From Bigelowiella natans CCMP2755 (lineage: Eukaryota; Protista; Cercozoa), in NCBI GenBank assembly GCA_000320545.1, contig ADNK01002131.1, positions 1-64,000 of the forward strand: 64,000 nt of DNA, given 5' to 3'. This document shows, piece after piece, positions 24,015 through 36,280 of this stretch. Both the position numbers and the translations under genes were made by a program. The notes below the pieces were generated by a model that saw only the letters and a list, made by a program, of their open reading frames with translations, searched no databases and was not told where the DNA came from. The first letter of the stretch is position 1. Every line of letters begins with the position of its first letter.

Positions 24015-27000
24015 CTCTACGAAAGTGATTGAGTGACAAATACACCGATGAACATGCGATACGGCAAAGTGTTGCTGCAGACACAAAATCATCGTCATTT
24101 CCGTCATGTCCGTCATGGATATTGATTTGATTTTGAATCAAGAGCTTCCTTAATCTATCCGTGCCATCCCCACTCACAACAGATGAGGCCTTAGCCCGCA
24201 CTCACACCTTGAAGGACTCGCAGCTGAAGGAGCTCTTGTCCTTCCTTCTCTCCATGCTACAACAGTCAGCTGCAACCAACGCCTCGATGGCCTCCCTCTC
24301 CTACCCCGAGCACATGATTCCCCGGGACTCTCGGCGACACCGTGCTCGAGCTTTTGCAGACATCGCTCGATGCCTCCTCGTCTTAATCCGAGGGTATTAT
24401 CAAGATGAGGAAAAGAATACAGGATGTTTCACGTGCAGCACGGAGACCTTAGAGCTATCGGTGCGGTTAGCGAGGCGGCTCTGGCCTTTTGCAAGGCCCA
24501 ATCAGCTAGTTGCAGAGCTAGCTACAAAGACTACTGCTGTTGCTGCTACTGATAATCATCATAGCAGTAGCAGCCATGACGGCACTGACAGCAAGTCGGG
24601 TGACGATGGCAAGGGCAAAGACCGCACAGGAGTAGCAGAAGGAGTGTGCACGTGGCTAATCAAGAAAATCGGCATGCTTCTGGTACCTGGCACGCCTGCC
24701 CACTCCAAGGAGGAGGACCTGGAGCAGGAGGTGGCGGACAAGGAGACGAAGAAGAAGCTGAATCTGCTCGAAGCACTCGATCAGCTTGCCGAGCGCATAA
24801 AAGCCAGGGAGGCTGAAAAGGAGAAGGCGCGCCTTGCTCAGGAGGCGAAGGAGCGAGAAGAGAGGAAAATAAAAGCTGCGGCTATGGCGGCGGCTGCTCC
24901 AATCCCAAGGCTATCCAAGACCAATTCAACCTCATCCGCCTCCTCCTCCTCCTCCTCGAAGGATAGAAAGAGTATAGATGCGAAGAAGGAGAAGAAAGAA
25001 AGTGATAAAGAAGCTAAAATGAAGGCTGAAAAGAAAGGGGCCTCTTCCCCCATCAACGAGGAGGCCGGCAGCAATAAAAACGCTAAAAAGTCGCCGAAGG
25101 AGGGAGAGAAGAAGGCTCCTGATAGTGGCGCCGCTAGTGAATCGAAGGCATCTGCTGACAAGAAGAGCGCCGAAAAAAAGAAAAAGGAAGAGAAAAAGAG
25201 CGAGGTGAAAGCGCAACCAAAAAAGGCAGCAGCGCCTCAGGATAAGAAGAAGAAGCAGCAGCCTAACACTGAGGAAACCAAGAAACGGGCTGGAGACAGA
25301 AAGATTGCAGGAAAAGAACTACCTATAGTTCCCCCATCAGCAGGTGAATTCTGCCTCGTAGCGCTGAAGCAAGGCCCATCGCCGCTGCCTGGGATGCCAC
25401 CTTCTTGGATGGCAAAACCGGAGACGCTCGATGAGGAAGACTGGGAAAATATGTTCCGTAAGTTCCCCGAGGTGACCGCGCCAACGAGACGAGAATGGAA
25501 CGAGTTGAAACTACACTCCTCATCTTCTTCGTCATCCAGCGGTGAGGGAAAGGGCGCCGGCCCAACTTACTGGGAATGCGTGTGCTTGCTGGACCTGAAC
25601 TTCCGTAACGGGCCGAGCCTTAAGCACGTAGCGTGCGGCAAAATCAGCAGGGGCAATACGGTGCAAGAGATCGAGAGGCAAGGCGACTGGCTGAAGCACA
25701 AACATGGCTGGTCTCTCATTCGAACGCAGGGAGTTGAGTGCCTGCGTCGAGTACCGGAGGAGCGGGTAGTAGTAGTAGTAGTAGTTGTTGTTGTTGTTGT
25801 AGCAGTCATAGAGGAGTAGTAATAGTAGTAGTAATTGTGTAAGTAGTAGTAGTAGCCTTAGTAGGAATAGCAACAAGAGGATAAGTAAGATGCAGTAACA
25901 CTAGAAACCAGCCGCAGGTAGGGAGAAGTAGTTACGACATATTTACTCCATCGTGAGTACTCACGTCCTCACCTCTTCGTTGTCATCAGGTGAAAGATCT
26001 CGCATGGTCCACGGCAGCCTACCAAGCGCGACTGCGGTACCGGCCACAGAGGCAGCCAGTCATCCGTCATATGAATGCACAGCCAAAGATAACGGGCTAT
26101 TCCTTCGAGTTACCCGCGCTGCCTTCTGGCTCCGCCGCCTCTTCCTCCTCATCGGTGATGGCGAACGTGCGCTCCTGCACGCTTATCACTGGCGGGAAAT
26201 GGTACTTCGAAGTGCAGATCATCGCGCCGGGGAAGAACTGCTTCCGGGTCGGAATTGCAGCCAAGAACTTCCACCCTCGCGACCACTTCGGCGCAGGGCA
26301 GCACGGCGCTACCTGGGTGTACGACGCGATGAGAGGAATCAAGATGAATGATGGATCCTCCAAGAGCTACGGGGCGAAGTGCAAGGTGGGCGACGTGATC
26401 GGCGTGCGCTTGGACATGACGCGCCACACGCTGCGCTTCTACCTCAACTCGCAGGACCTGGGCGTGGCTTTCGAGGACTTCTCCCCGCGGGGAGGTGTAT
26501 ATCCGGTGGTGTGCTTTGACCGGGGCGCCATTGGACAGTTTTTGTTTCCTAAGGATCGATGGCTGTCCGATCCCAAGTGTTGGGGTGGCTACCATTACCC
26601 TCTTCTGAATGACCATCCGGGTCTGCAGCTCAAGCCGCCAACGCGAGCATCAAGGAAGGTTGTGTAAGTAGTAGCAGTAGCGGTAGTAACAGTTTGGCTT
26701 TGTTGTGCCTCTCGGTAGGACTAGCAGTAGTATTATTAGGATTTCCCAGCCCCCCCCCTCTCTCTCTATCTATCGTTCTAGCTATACAAAATGTTGTTGC
26801 TCTGCAGAAATCATCATCATTCATCATCATCAGGCGCGTAAAGTCGTGCGGGAGTTAGAGCAGCACCGCGCGGCCATCATCGCAGAGGGGTCTTACCAAT
26901 GGTGCTGCAGCGTGGGCGCACGGCTGGCCGCGGCAGCAGGCTCAGGTGCTTCCATCACTCTGGCCTCCACTCGGTCGGCGGAGGTGTTCGCAGCGAGTGC

Positions 27001-30000
27001 AAAGACGCGCAAGCTGTCCCGATTCTCTCGTCTGCGTGTGATTGACGGCCTGTCAGCGCACATCGCGGCTTCAGAACTAGTTGGTCTTTGCCGCTCCCTC
27101 GTCAAGGGCAATCGCCTTAGCAGTGCCAGCGGCAGCGAGGAGGAGGGGGAGGATGAGAATTACGAGGTGTGGCAGAAATGCATGCGACAGGCGCTTGCAA
27201 GGTGCATAAAGACAAAACCCGTTGCCGCTGCTACCACCACGTCTTCATCCTTGGAGGGTGTACGCGCTACTATCGGAGCGCTGGCCATCCTTGGCGGATT
27301 CTCGGAGCCTGTCCGCCGCGGTGGCTTCGTAATGGCCCCATCGTCCGGGCGGAAGCGCCGCGCCGCGCTTGTTGAGTACCGTGGCAGACATGCGGAGGAA
27401 GCAAAGCTCGTATTCCAGGACAAGAAGTCGATGGAGAGTATCCGGTTATCTCGTGCGAACTCCTCCAGACGACGAATGCTCAGGCGCGGGAGCACTCAGC
27501 AGCTCCCTCCCCTTCACCGGGCTAACAGCAACTTGAGTGTTCAGAGCAGTGGCGAAGCCGGAGGCGGCAGGGGCGATGCAGGCGGAGCCCTAGGAGGGGT
27601 TGGCAGCTTACCAAGTATGAATCCACAGCTGGTTCGTACTTCCTCAACGCGATCAGCCATTTCAGTGGCTCCGGATGGCGAAGGAGGGGGCGGCGGCGGC
27701 GTTGGTGGTGTGTATGAAACTGAAATCGTGAGCGTGAAGACAGAAGACATCACACCAATCAGCGAGCTATACGTCGACCTGCAGGAGTTTCCACTGAAGC
27801 CGGAGATATTCGCTGCGCTTAGATCCCTGGTTATGCAGGAAGAGGCGGCGGATTCGGAGCAGCTTCAAGGCGATAAGAAGAAGAACGGAAAACAACACGG
27901 TGGTTCATCATCCTCGTCGTCATCGTGTATAGAAGCCTGGCTTCGATCTGAGCTGCGATGGAGAAGCGTGGGTGTGCTCGAGTCGCTGCTGATGCATACG
28001 GAGAACCTCGACCACTCTTTGGGGAGGGAGCTATACAGTGGTATTGCGCAGCTGCTGCTCCGTCACGCTGCCTCCTGCCCTCGCAACGACCAGCTCCTCC
28101 CTCAAATGCACCAGTATGATCTCCTCCGGCGGCAACTGTGCAAGGTATGCTCGCCGTCGCTCCGCAATAGAATTTGTCCACCGCCCTTCCAACCCTCTGC
28201 GGTATCAGAAGGAGAAGGGGGGGGAAGCGGGGGAGGAAAGCAACAAGAGGCGAAGGCGAAAGCAGCGGCAGCAGCTGTCGCCCAGGCCCAAGAGGCGGCG
28301 GTCAAGGCAGAGCTTTCTAGCATGCGTTACGTGTATGGAGGCCCCGCGCATCTCACACAGCGATCGGGGAGGGAGCTGCGGCCGGCAGAAAACCCCATGC
28401 TGGAGCACTACGACACCTACGTAATCCCCCGCATCCGATTCATTCTGCGAGACGATGAGAACTTCCAGAACGACCTGGTTCTGGGCGATCATATGGAGCA
28501 AATCCGCAAGCCGCTCAGTACGGATCCCGACCCTCAACGCGCCGCCATGAAGGCGATGAAGGTGGCGTTTGAGATTCTGAACAATGGCTGGGTCTCCGAG
28601 CTAGTCTACCCCTCGCCCGCCTACGACTGGACGCTTTTGGCTGCCGAGAAGGCTCGCGTGGGAGATGCGGTGGAGATCACCAATCGACCACTGCTTGGTG
28701 TGCTGAGCACGAAGCGGAAGGACCCTCGCATAAGGAATCTTGTTGGGTTGTCTGGGCATATTAAGGGCATCTTCCAGCACCAGCGCGACGTGCAGATGCT
28801 GGTCCAGGTGTACGATCCAAGGGGGCTGTTCCTTTACGACTTATGGCTTCCACCGAGCTGCCTTCGCCCATTGGAGCTAGGCCAGTTGGTTACGCAGATC
28901 CGCGGCATGTTTTCGCAGAAAGAGCTTCTCTCCCGTCTCGCAGATAGGGCGCTGTCCGTTTCGCACTTACTGGCTCGGAGAGTGATCTTTACTCTGTGCT
29001 CCCGCTCTACAGAGCCGTTCCAAGCCCAGCTGCTGAGGTCGCCAAACGAGCAGGGGCTGCAGGCCATCTTTGACATGCTCTTCCTGGCCGTTTCAGAGGG
29101 CGTGGAGTTTTCATCGCTGGAGCGTCTTGGCCGTGCAAAGCCTGGACGGAAGGCGGGGATGCTGCGGCTCTCATATAATTTATCACGCTTCCTCTCCTCC
29201 GCGCCGCTAGCCAAAGTCCTTGGTTGGAAATCTGAGCTGGATCGCGGGCGCACGCTAATCCGACTGATTGTTGAGCGGTGTGCAGCCTTCCTGAGCACTT
29301 CAAAGAACTACGAGAAGGATAACACCGCGTTCGTGAAGGTGGGAGACAACTGGCAGACCGCGGCACGCATTGGGAGTATCGAGGGCGCGGCCGTGCTCTC
29401 CGTGATGCTCTCCACAGAAATCAAGCTGCAACCGGGGATGACGGTGTCTTTCTATGCCGATCCGATGTGCTCGCGCCTCGTCAAAATCATCCGCGTAAAC
29501 GCGGAGACAAAGGGCGAGGACTGCCTCGACCAGCTCCAGCCGCTGGAGCTACCTGGCAATGAGTGCTGGGTCAAGGTGCAACACGTGCCGCCTTACCAGT
29601 GCCGCGCTCGCATCTGCGCTATCCCCGTTCACTCGAGCCTCGGTATGGCAATTTGGAGCATTCGATACGCTCTTGCCCACGGCGAGGAATGGGGCTCTAG
29701 CCGTCGCGCCATCGCGTTCGAGTTCCTTAGCAAAGTGTTGGAACTGCTGGACGTTGATAATCGACGCCCCTCCCCTCTCAAACAACGCCTCCTCTCCCTT
29801 TCCCTATGGCTCTTGGCTCAAGGGGGTAGCGAGGGGAGCCAGGAAGAAGAGGAGAAAAACAAGCAGGTGAAGAGGAAGTGCCTGGCGATGCTGCGGCGGT
29901 TCGAGAAGGAGCTAGAACGGCTCTATCAGGTAGAGAGCGATGCTGGCGGCGAATATACGCTTTACCTGCAGAAGATCGTGGACATGTTAGTTACTTCGGA

Positions 30001-33000
30001 GCCGCTGCGAGCCGCCGACGACAAGCTTGTCAAGTCGTTTGACATCAAGGCGCCTGCGGAGCTCGAGGAGGGCAAAGACGACGAGCCGGAGGAGGAAGAG
30101 GAAGAGGAAGAGCAGGAGTGGTCGTGCGGCATCTGTGAGTAAACTCTGACCAATCCAAAAAAACTGCTCTAAATAATACATGCGTATGTTATTGTATGTC
30201 TCATCGAGCACACTGCGCCAGCACTACTGAATGCTCTCAAAATAGCCATCCTTGACGAGGCTTATAATGTCTCGGGTGGAAGATTTCGATTTTTTGTTTT
30301 TTTTAAATCGTTCCACCCATAAGTCACTTACCGACGTGGGTATGTTTTCTGCCATTCTACGTTCTGGTTTGTGATGTTTGTTGATATGTTCTCTCCCTCC
30401 ATCCTCCTCCTCGTTCAGGCACCTTCCTCAACGCCAACGAAATACCGGCGTGCAACATGTGTGGCTCTCCCAAGCCTCCTCCTCAGCCAAAGAAAAAGGC
30501 CAAGGCAGCGGGCGGTGGTGCAGAAGGTGGCGACGGCGCGGCAAAGCTCGTCCACGATTCCATGGTGCTTGCCAATGCCATGCGGTACGTGTCCAATCCC
30601 ACAACAACGGCAACAGCGTTATCGTTGTCATCATCGTCGTCGTCTGTGAAGGCACTATTCGATGCTGGGTGGAGGGCATTGCAGCTTGACAAAATCAGTT
30701 CGCGCGTCCTCGTGATTGAGAACATCCCCGTAGTTCTCCCTCCCCCTCGGCAGGTCGAGGTCAAAGCGAAAGCGACGACAACCGCCAAAGAAGAGAGTAA
30801 TAGTGGGGGGGAGGTTGAGAAGAGGACCCCGAAGGAAGAGAAAACAAAGGAAAAGAAGGAAAAGAAGACGGCAAAGGCGCCTGCGACGACGCAAGACGTT
30901 GGCGGAGGAGGCGGAGAGAAGAAGAAACAGAGGAAAAGGAGAAAGAAGCGGGCTACGAAAGTCGGCGGCGAAAAGAAGATACAGCTGGTAGATCCAGAGG
31001 TCGCTATACGTGAGGCCGTGTTACAAGCCATAAAAGGGGCAGATCCTGGTTGCAGGATCACAGCATCTGATGTTCACATCTTCACCGACCCTTCAAAGCC
31101 GGTCTTCGTGCCTCCCAAGCCCATTGAGGACAGCATCCCCGTCCTCACCTTCACCCGGTCTTCCACTGCTGGGAGGCGAAAGAAGAAGAATCCCGACGAC
31201 ATTAACTACGATCCGTACGAAGACGAAGATTACGATTATGACGAGGACGATGATGAAGACGAAGACTACGATGAAGACGAAAACTCCGAAGGTGAAGAAG
31301 CACGTGCTCGGATGAGAGTCGATGAGAAGTCGAAAAAGAAGTCACCAGTGGCAAAGGAAGACAGTAAAACCGCGACGGCGACGACTACGACTCCAGCATG
31401 GGAATCTGGCGGCATCTTTTACCACCTCGGCCTTGAGGCTGCCGCAGAGCTTGCTAAAGCCCTGGAGAAAGAACGAAAGGAGAAGGAAATAGAGGAGGCA
31501 AAGACAAAGAAGGAACAGAAGGAAGCCAAGGACCAGAAGGAGAGCAAAGAGGCAGGGGAAAAGAAGGAGACGAAGGAGGAAAGAGAAGGGGGGCAGGTTC
31601 AGAAGGGCGAGAAGACCGAGGTAAGCAAGAAAGAGGAAGGGGGGAAGAAGGAAGAGGGAGTAGGAAAGGCAAAAGATGAGGAAATTCCGGCAGCGAAAGA
31701 AGACACCGTAGATGAGGGAAAGGCAAAAGAAGGGAAGAAGAAAGAAGAAAAGACATCCGGTGGAGAGGAAAAGCAGCAGTCGTCATCATCTTCCACATCT
31801 TCCCTTAAGACAGAAAAGGGGGCATCATCCTCACCGTCAACATCACAATCTGCGCAGTCTTCAAAACAGCCGCAATTCATCTCACCAGCAGCCCCCGACC
31901 GCATGCGGGACAAACGAACCTGTTTCCCCGTAGCGGTAGGATTTTCCTCCTCGGATTCTACATCGGCTCCCACCCATATGGTGCTATCACGCACCCCACT
32001 TCTTTGCGGAACGTCCTCCAGCCATCCTGAGCCAGGCTCCATTCTGATAAGAATCAAAGATGGTCGCAGAATCGTCCCCACCGGCTACTCAATATTGACA
32101 CTCAGGCAGCGGCATCCAAGGAGGTGGGTGCTCCAGGCGTCCTGCGACAACAACGAATGGGTAACGTAAATAGATTGTGATTGGCGATGTGACTCATTTT
32201 TCCTGTGTAACCAATCCTGTAACATGCAACTACTAACTTCTTGTTGCCATTGCCACTATCTTTTACAACTCCAGACCGATTTGCATGAGGCTCGCAGTCC
32301 TCGCTACACGAGCGTCCCCGATGCTGCCCTCGAGACACCGACGACAGCAGACACGAAAACGAATAAAACGGGGGGGGGCGCCGCCACCACCGCCGCCGCT
32401 GCTAAAAGTGGGGGCAGCAAGAGCGGGGGAAAGCCTCTTCCCGCTAGCTCATCCCCTCCTTCTTTTCTGAAGTCAAGCAAGAATGCCTACTCTAGCAAAT
32501 ACGGCAATGGTTATATTAGGGAAAAGACAAAAGGTTTGGGCGGCGTCCAGCAGCAGCAGCAACAACTACTGCCGCCAAACTCGTGTCAAACTGTGTATTA
32601 TCCAATCGTTTCTCCGGAGGGGAGAGGCTGGACTCATTTTAGGATAAAAATGGTCGGAAAGAATTCCAGCAACGGACACCAGCTAACACTGTGCGGCTTC
32701 GAGATGTTTGGTCAGCTCGGCGGCCCTTCTTTAGGTGTGGTACCTGAGCCGCTGCCTACCAACCGTGTTGCTATGATCATGCTTCCAACCAGCGACAAGG
32801 CCCGACGCCGCCACATGGTGGAGAAGATGACTGAGACCATCATCGACTGTTCAGAGTTCGGCGGACGCTCGGCTCCAAGGAGGGTACAGCTCATCTCCCA
32901 ACCACTTAACGCTGGTGGGGCTGAGCAGCCTGGCACAGATGGACACAGAGACCTCCTCAGTATGTACGCGCGCGCGCAATTTATACCGGACTTTGGGCAG

Positions 33001-35708
33001 CCGTCACTGGATGAGAAGAAGGGTGGGAAGGAGGACAATGGCAAAAGCAGCCAGAAACAGCCGAATGAACGGTTGGAAACTGCTGCCAATTTTGCGCTCA
33101 TCGCACTGAGTAAATCCAACGCTGCAAAGCTGGAAAGCAAGGAAACCAGCTTGTTGGACCTCGCAAAAAGCTGTGGAAGCGGCGTTCTCCGAGCACACTT
33201 ATCGGCAGCGACATCGTCACCGTCGGCTAGCGGGAGAGCGACCCTAGCAGCTCAGATCGCACAGATCCTCGACCGGCTTTCTCGTAGCGGTAAGAGCGAT
33301 GATATCTTCAAGGCTATGGAATGGCTAGATGGCGCCGGTATCTCGCTTAACCTAGAGCCGCACCGCATTCTAAGCCTTGAGGAGTCTCAAGCGATGATAG
33401 AGGCAATGAAGCAGAAGGAGCTCCTTTTCAGCAGCCGGAGGCTTATCGCTGTCCTTCAAAGGGCCGCTGACGAGTGCGGAGAGCCAAACCTTCTCAAGTT
33501 TCCAGCTTCACAAATCCCCCGCGACGTGGTGCTGCATGTCCTCAAGGAATGTGGAGGACTCTCCAACAATAGTCATGATCACGAAGGTGACGACGGAAAG
33601 AATCATGACAAGATTCAGCAGCATGAGAGTGTTGCAGATACTAAGAACTCTAAGACTCTTGCTGAAGCACCGGTGCCGGCTTCGACTACATCAAGACAGC
33701 CATCATCATCATCGTCGCCACCACCACCACCATCGCTACTTTCAACGTTAGCATCCTTCTCCTCATCACTGGACGAGTACTGGGAGGTTGCGGTATGGAT
33801 ACGGCTGCGACTTGAGGGCTTCCGAACGTTCAATGCCTTGTTCGCAGAGCTCTACCCTCTCCTCCACAATGAACTCCCCGACGAGGAGGAGGACGGGGAA
33901 GAAATCGCATCAAGTACAACAGCGACAGGCACAGACGCAGTATCTGATCAGAAAAAGAACGAGCGGCGTCGACAACAGCAAGCTATCGCGGTGAAAGGCA
34001 TGGCCAGTCTTATCCGATCGTCTCGGGGTGTTGTGTTTGAGTCAGTCAAGCGCGTAATCGAGAAGGATCTCATGGAATCAACAGCCTCGGAGCCGTTAGG
34101 AGGCGGTCGACCTAGCTTCGTTCTAAATCGCGTTGCGCTTGCCCGCAAGCTAGAGGCAGGCGAAGCTGCCGACTTCGTAACAGACTCGCAGTTTGCGAGT
34201 GCGTACCGGCAGTTGTTTTCAGTCTCTCCCTTCGATCTTCGCCCCGTCCGCCCAGGCGGCACCGAGCCTTTCGTCGCCTTTGAGGTCAAGACTGAGGGGG
34301 AAAACGTGGTAGGACTTGCAGGGCCATACAGACAGTTTTTCACTGAGATTGCGCGAGAGCTTATGTCCGAGGCCTCACCATTGCTCGTGCCGACTCCCAA
34401 TCGCGCGTACGGCAACGGTGAGAATCGCGACCGGTATCTACTGGACCCTGGGGCACGAAGCACAAAGCTGCTCTCAATGCTGGAATTTCTTGGACGCCTC
34501 TTTGCGATGGCGATGCGCACAGGCTCACAGGTGCCTGTAGCTCTTGCCCCTCTGGTTTGGAAGCTGCTTGTTCGGCAGCCAGTTGTACTGGGCGACTTGC
34601 ACCAGGTTGACTGTTATGCGGCCGCAGCCTTGCGTGGACTACGAAACTTAAGCAAGAACGAGGATGCAGCGTCGTCGCTGCCTGAGGAGCTCGCAGATCA
34701 GAAATTCGTCGTTACGTTATCCGACGGGTCTAGCCATCAGCTGAAGCCGGGCGGCTACGACCTGCGCGTGACCGACAGGAATAGGAATGAATATGTTAGG
34801 CTGGCGACGAGGGCCCGACTGAGCGAGCAGAACACACAAATCGCTGCAGTCAGGAAGGGCATTGGGAGCATCATCCCTGTGCAGCTGCTGTCGCTACTCT
34901 CATGGGAGGTTAGTCGTATTCCACAGTGCCGCAGTGCATGATGGCAGTACCACGTATCAAACTTTCCTGTTTTTCTCAACACTTGTACGTTTTCTATCCA
35001 TAGGAACTTGAGGTTCGGGTCTGTGGAAAGAACGAAATAGACGTGGAAATCCTAAAGCGACACACGAAGTACAGTGGTGTGCAACCCGATGCAAAGCACA
35101 TTAAATTCTTCTGGAAAATGCTCGAGGGTGAGTATGTTTTAGTCTGGCCATCGTCGTTATTGTTCACTGTCATCGTTATCATTGTCTCTTTGCTGATGAG
35201 CAAATCCCACAATTTCCTAGTTGCACTTCACTTTGCTAGTAGGAAAATAATAATTTACGAAGTAACAATGATGGGGACGATAGGTGATGAATTGTAAATT
35301 CTGTGATTGATGTTGCAGAGTTCAACCAAGAACATCGCAGAGATTTCGTAAGATTCTGTTGGGCGCAGGAAAGACTTCCTGCCAGTGATGCTGAATTTGA
35401 GCGTACAAAAACAAGGTACATGCATTCAGGTATCGACCAACTGGATGCTCAAACTTTCATGTTTAACACAGGTTCCAAATAAAAGCTAGCGTCCGCTCCG
35501 GAAACCCGGACAGTATTTTGCCGACAGCGGACACGTGTTTCTTCAATCTTTCGCTTCCTGCATACTCTTCGTACGAGGTGAGAAATCCCATTTTTTGGTT
35601 TCAGTTCCGTTTGATGAGTACGTTATGCAATAATACGAACAGATTATGAAAACGAAGGTCTTGTATGCAATCGAGCAAGTGACCACGATGGATAAGGATG
35701 AAGGGTAG
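11007..35708 (+). CDS. Giant multidomain HECT E3 ubiquitin ligase (roughly 7,000+ aa)
   Basis: ORFs 12162, 13636, 14412, 24161, 25990, 26705, 30457 and 32224 join through GT-AG introns. Recognised parts: MYCBP2-like DSRYLYLHSSAGIQKIGTG; ZZ-like Zn finger (13980-14225); RanBP2 Zn fingers WSCGTC...CSVC (~15050) and WSCGIC|TFLN...CNMC (~30120-30460); UBA LHAMGFSD; ESDHPY...WGF module; SPRY GKWYFEV; discoidin-like (32080-32715); HECT with GPYRQFF, FVRFCWAQERLP and catalytic LPTADTCFF; stop at 35706-35708. Start approximate. Confidence 0.9.
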
Positions 35709-35929
35709 TAATAGAACTGCGTGTATCTAACATAATGTGTGCAGTGTAGTAACCTTTTGTCTTCACCCTATGTCAGGATGGATGTCGAAGGTGTTGGCCA
35801 AGTTGACGAAGAGGAAGAGTAGGCCTTTAGTGTACAGGAGCGAGATTTTGCTTTCTACATCATGCAGGTTTAACTCCACACACAGACGTGATGAAACAAT
35901 TGTTAAGAGAAAACATTGCACATTGTTAT

Positions 35930-36135
35930 GATTTGGCATGTTGCTAGACACATCTAGATGTGTCCTGTGCAAACGTGCAATTGGATTGTGCGCGCGCATG
36001 CAAATCACTGATGCTGATGAAATGAAATCAACTGTGCGCTCACAGCATCGGATGCAATGAGCAAAAAAGCTTTGCATGCAAGAAAATCGTCATGCAAACG
36101 CACGTTGCAACGAGTCATCGACGCTCTCGTCGCAC
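35930..36135. other. Short TpA-depleted tract B between convergent genes
   Basis: Only CTAG-type TpAs in 35941-36135; TG/CA-rich; partial depletion continues to ~36430. Confidence 0.55.
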
Positions 36136-36280
36136 GCTATCTAGCTATGTGCAATGGTGCACATGATGCCGCCGGTGCGAGCGACGATGTGACTTTGCAG
36201 TTGCATTGAACAGCAAACCCTATCCATGCAGAAGCTTCATCATTCTAGCATTGCTAGATTGCTACATCTTGATCATTTTT

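Noticed and set aside
14500-34600. Many antisense and alternate-frame ORFs over the HECT gene
   Set aside because: They are shadows of GC-rich, low-complexity coding sequence.
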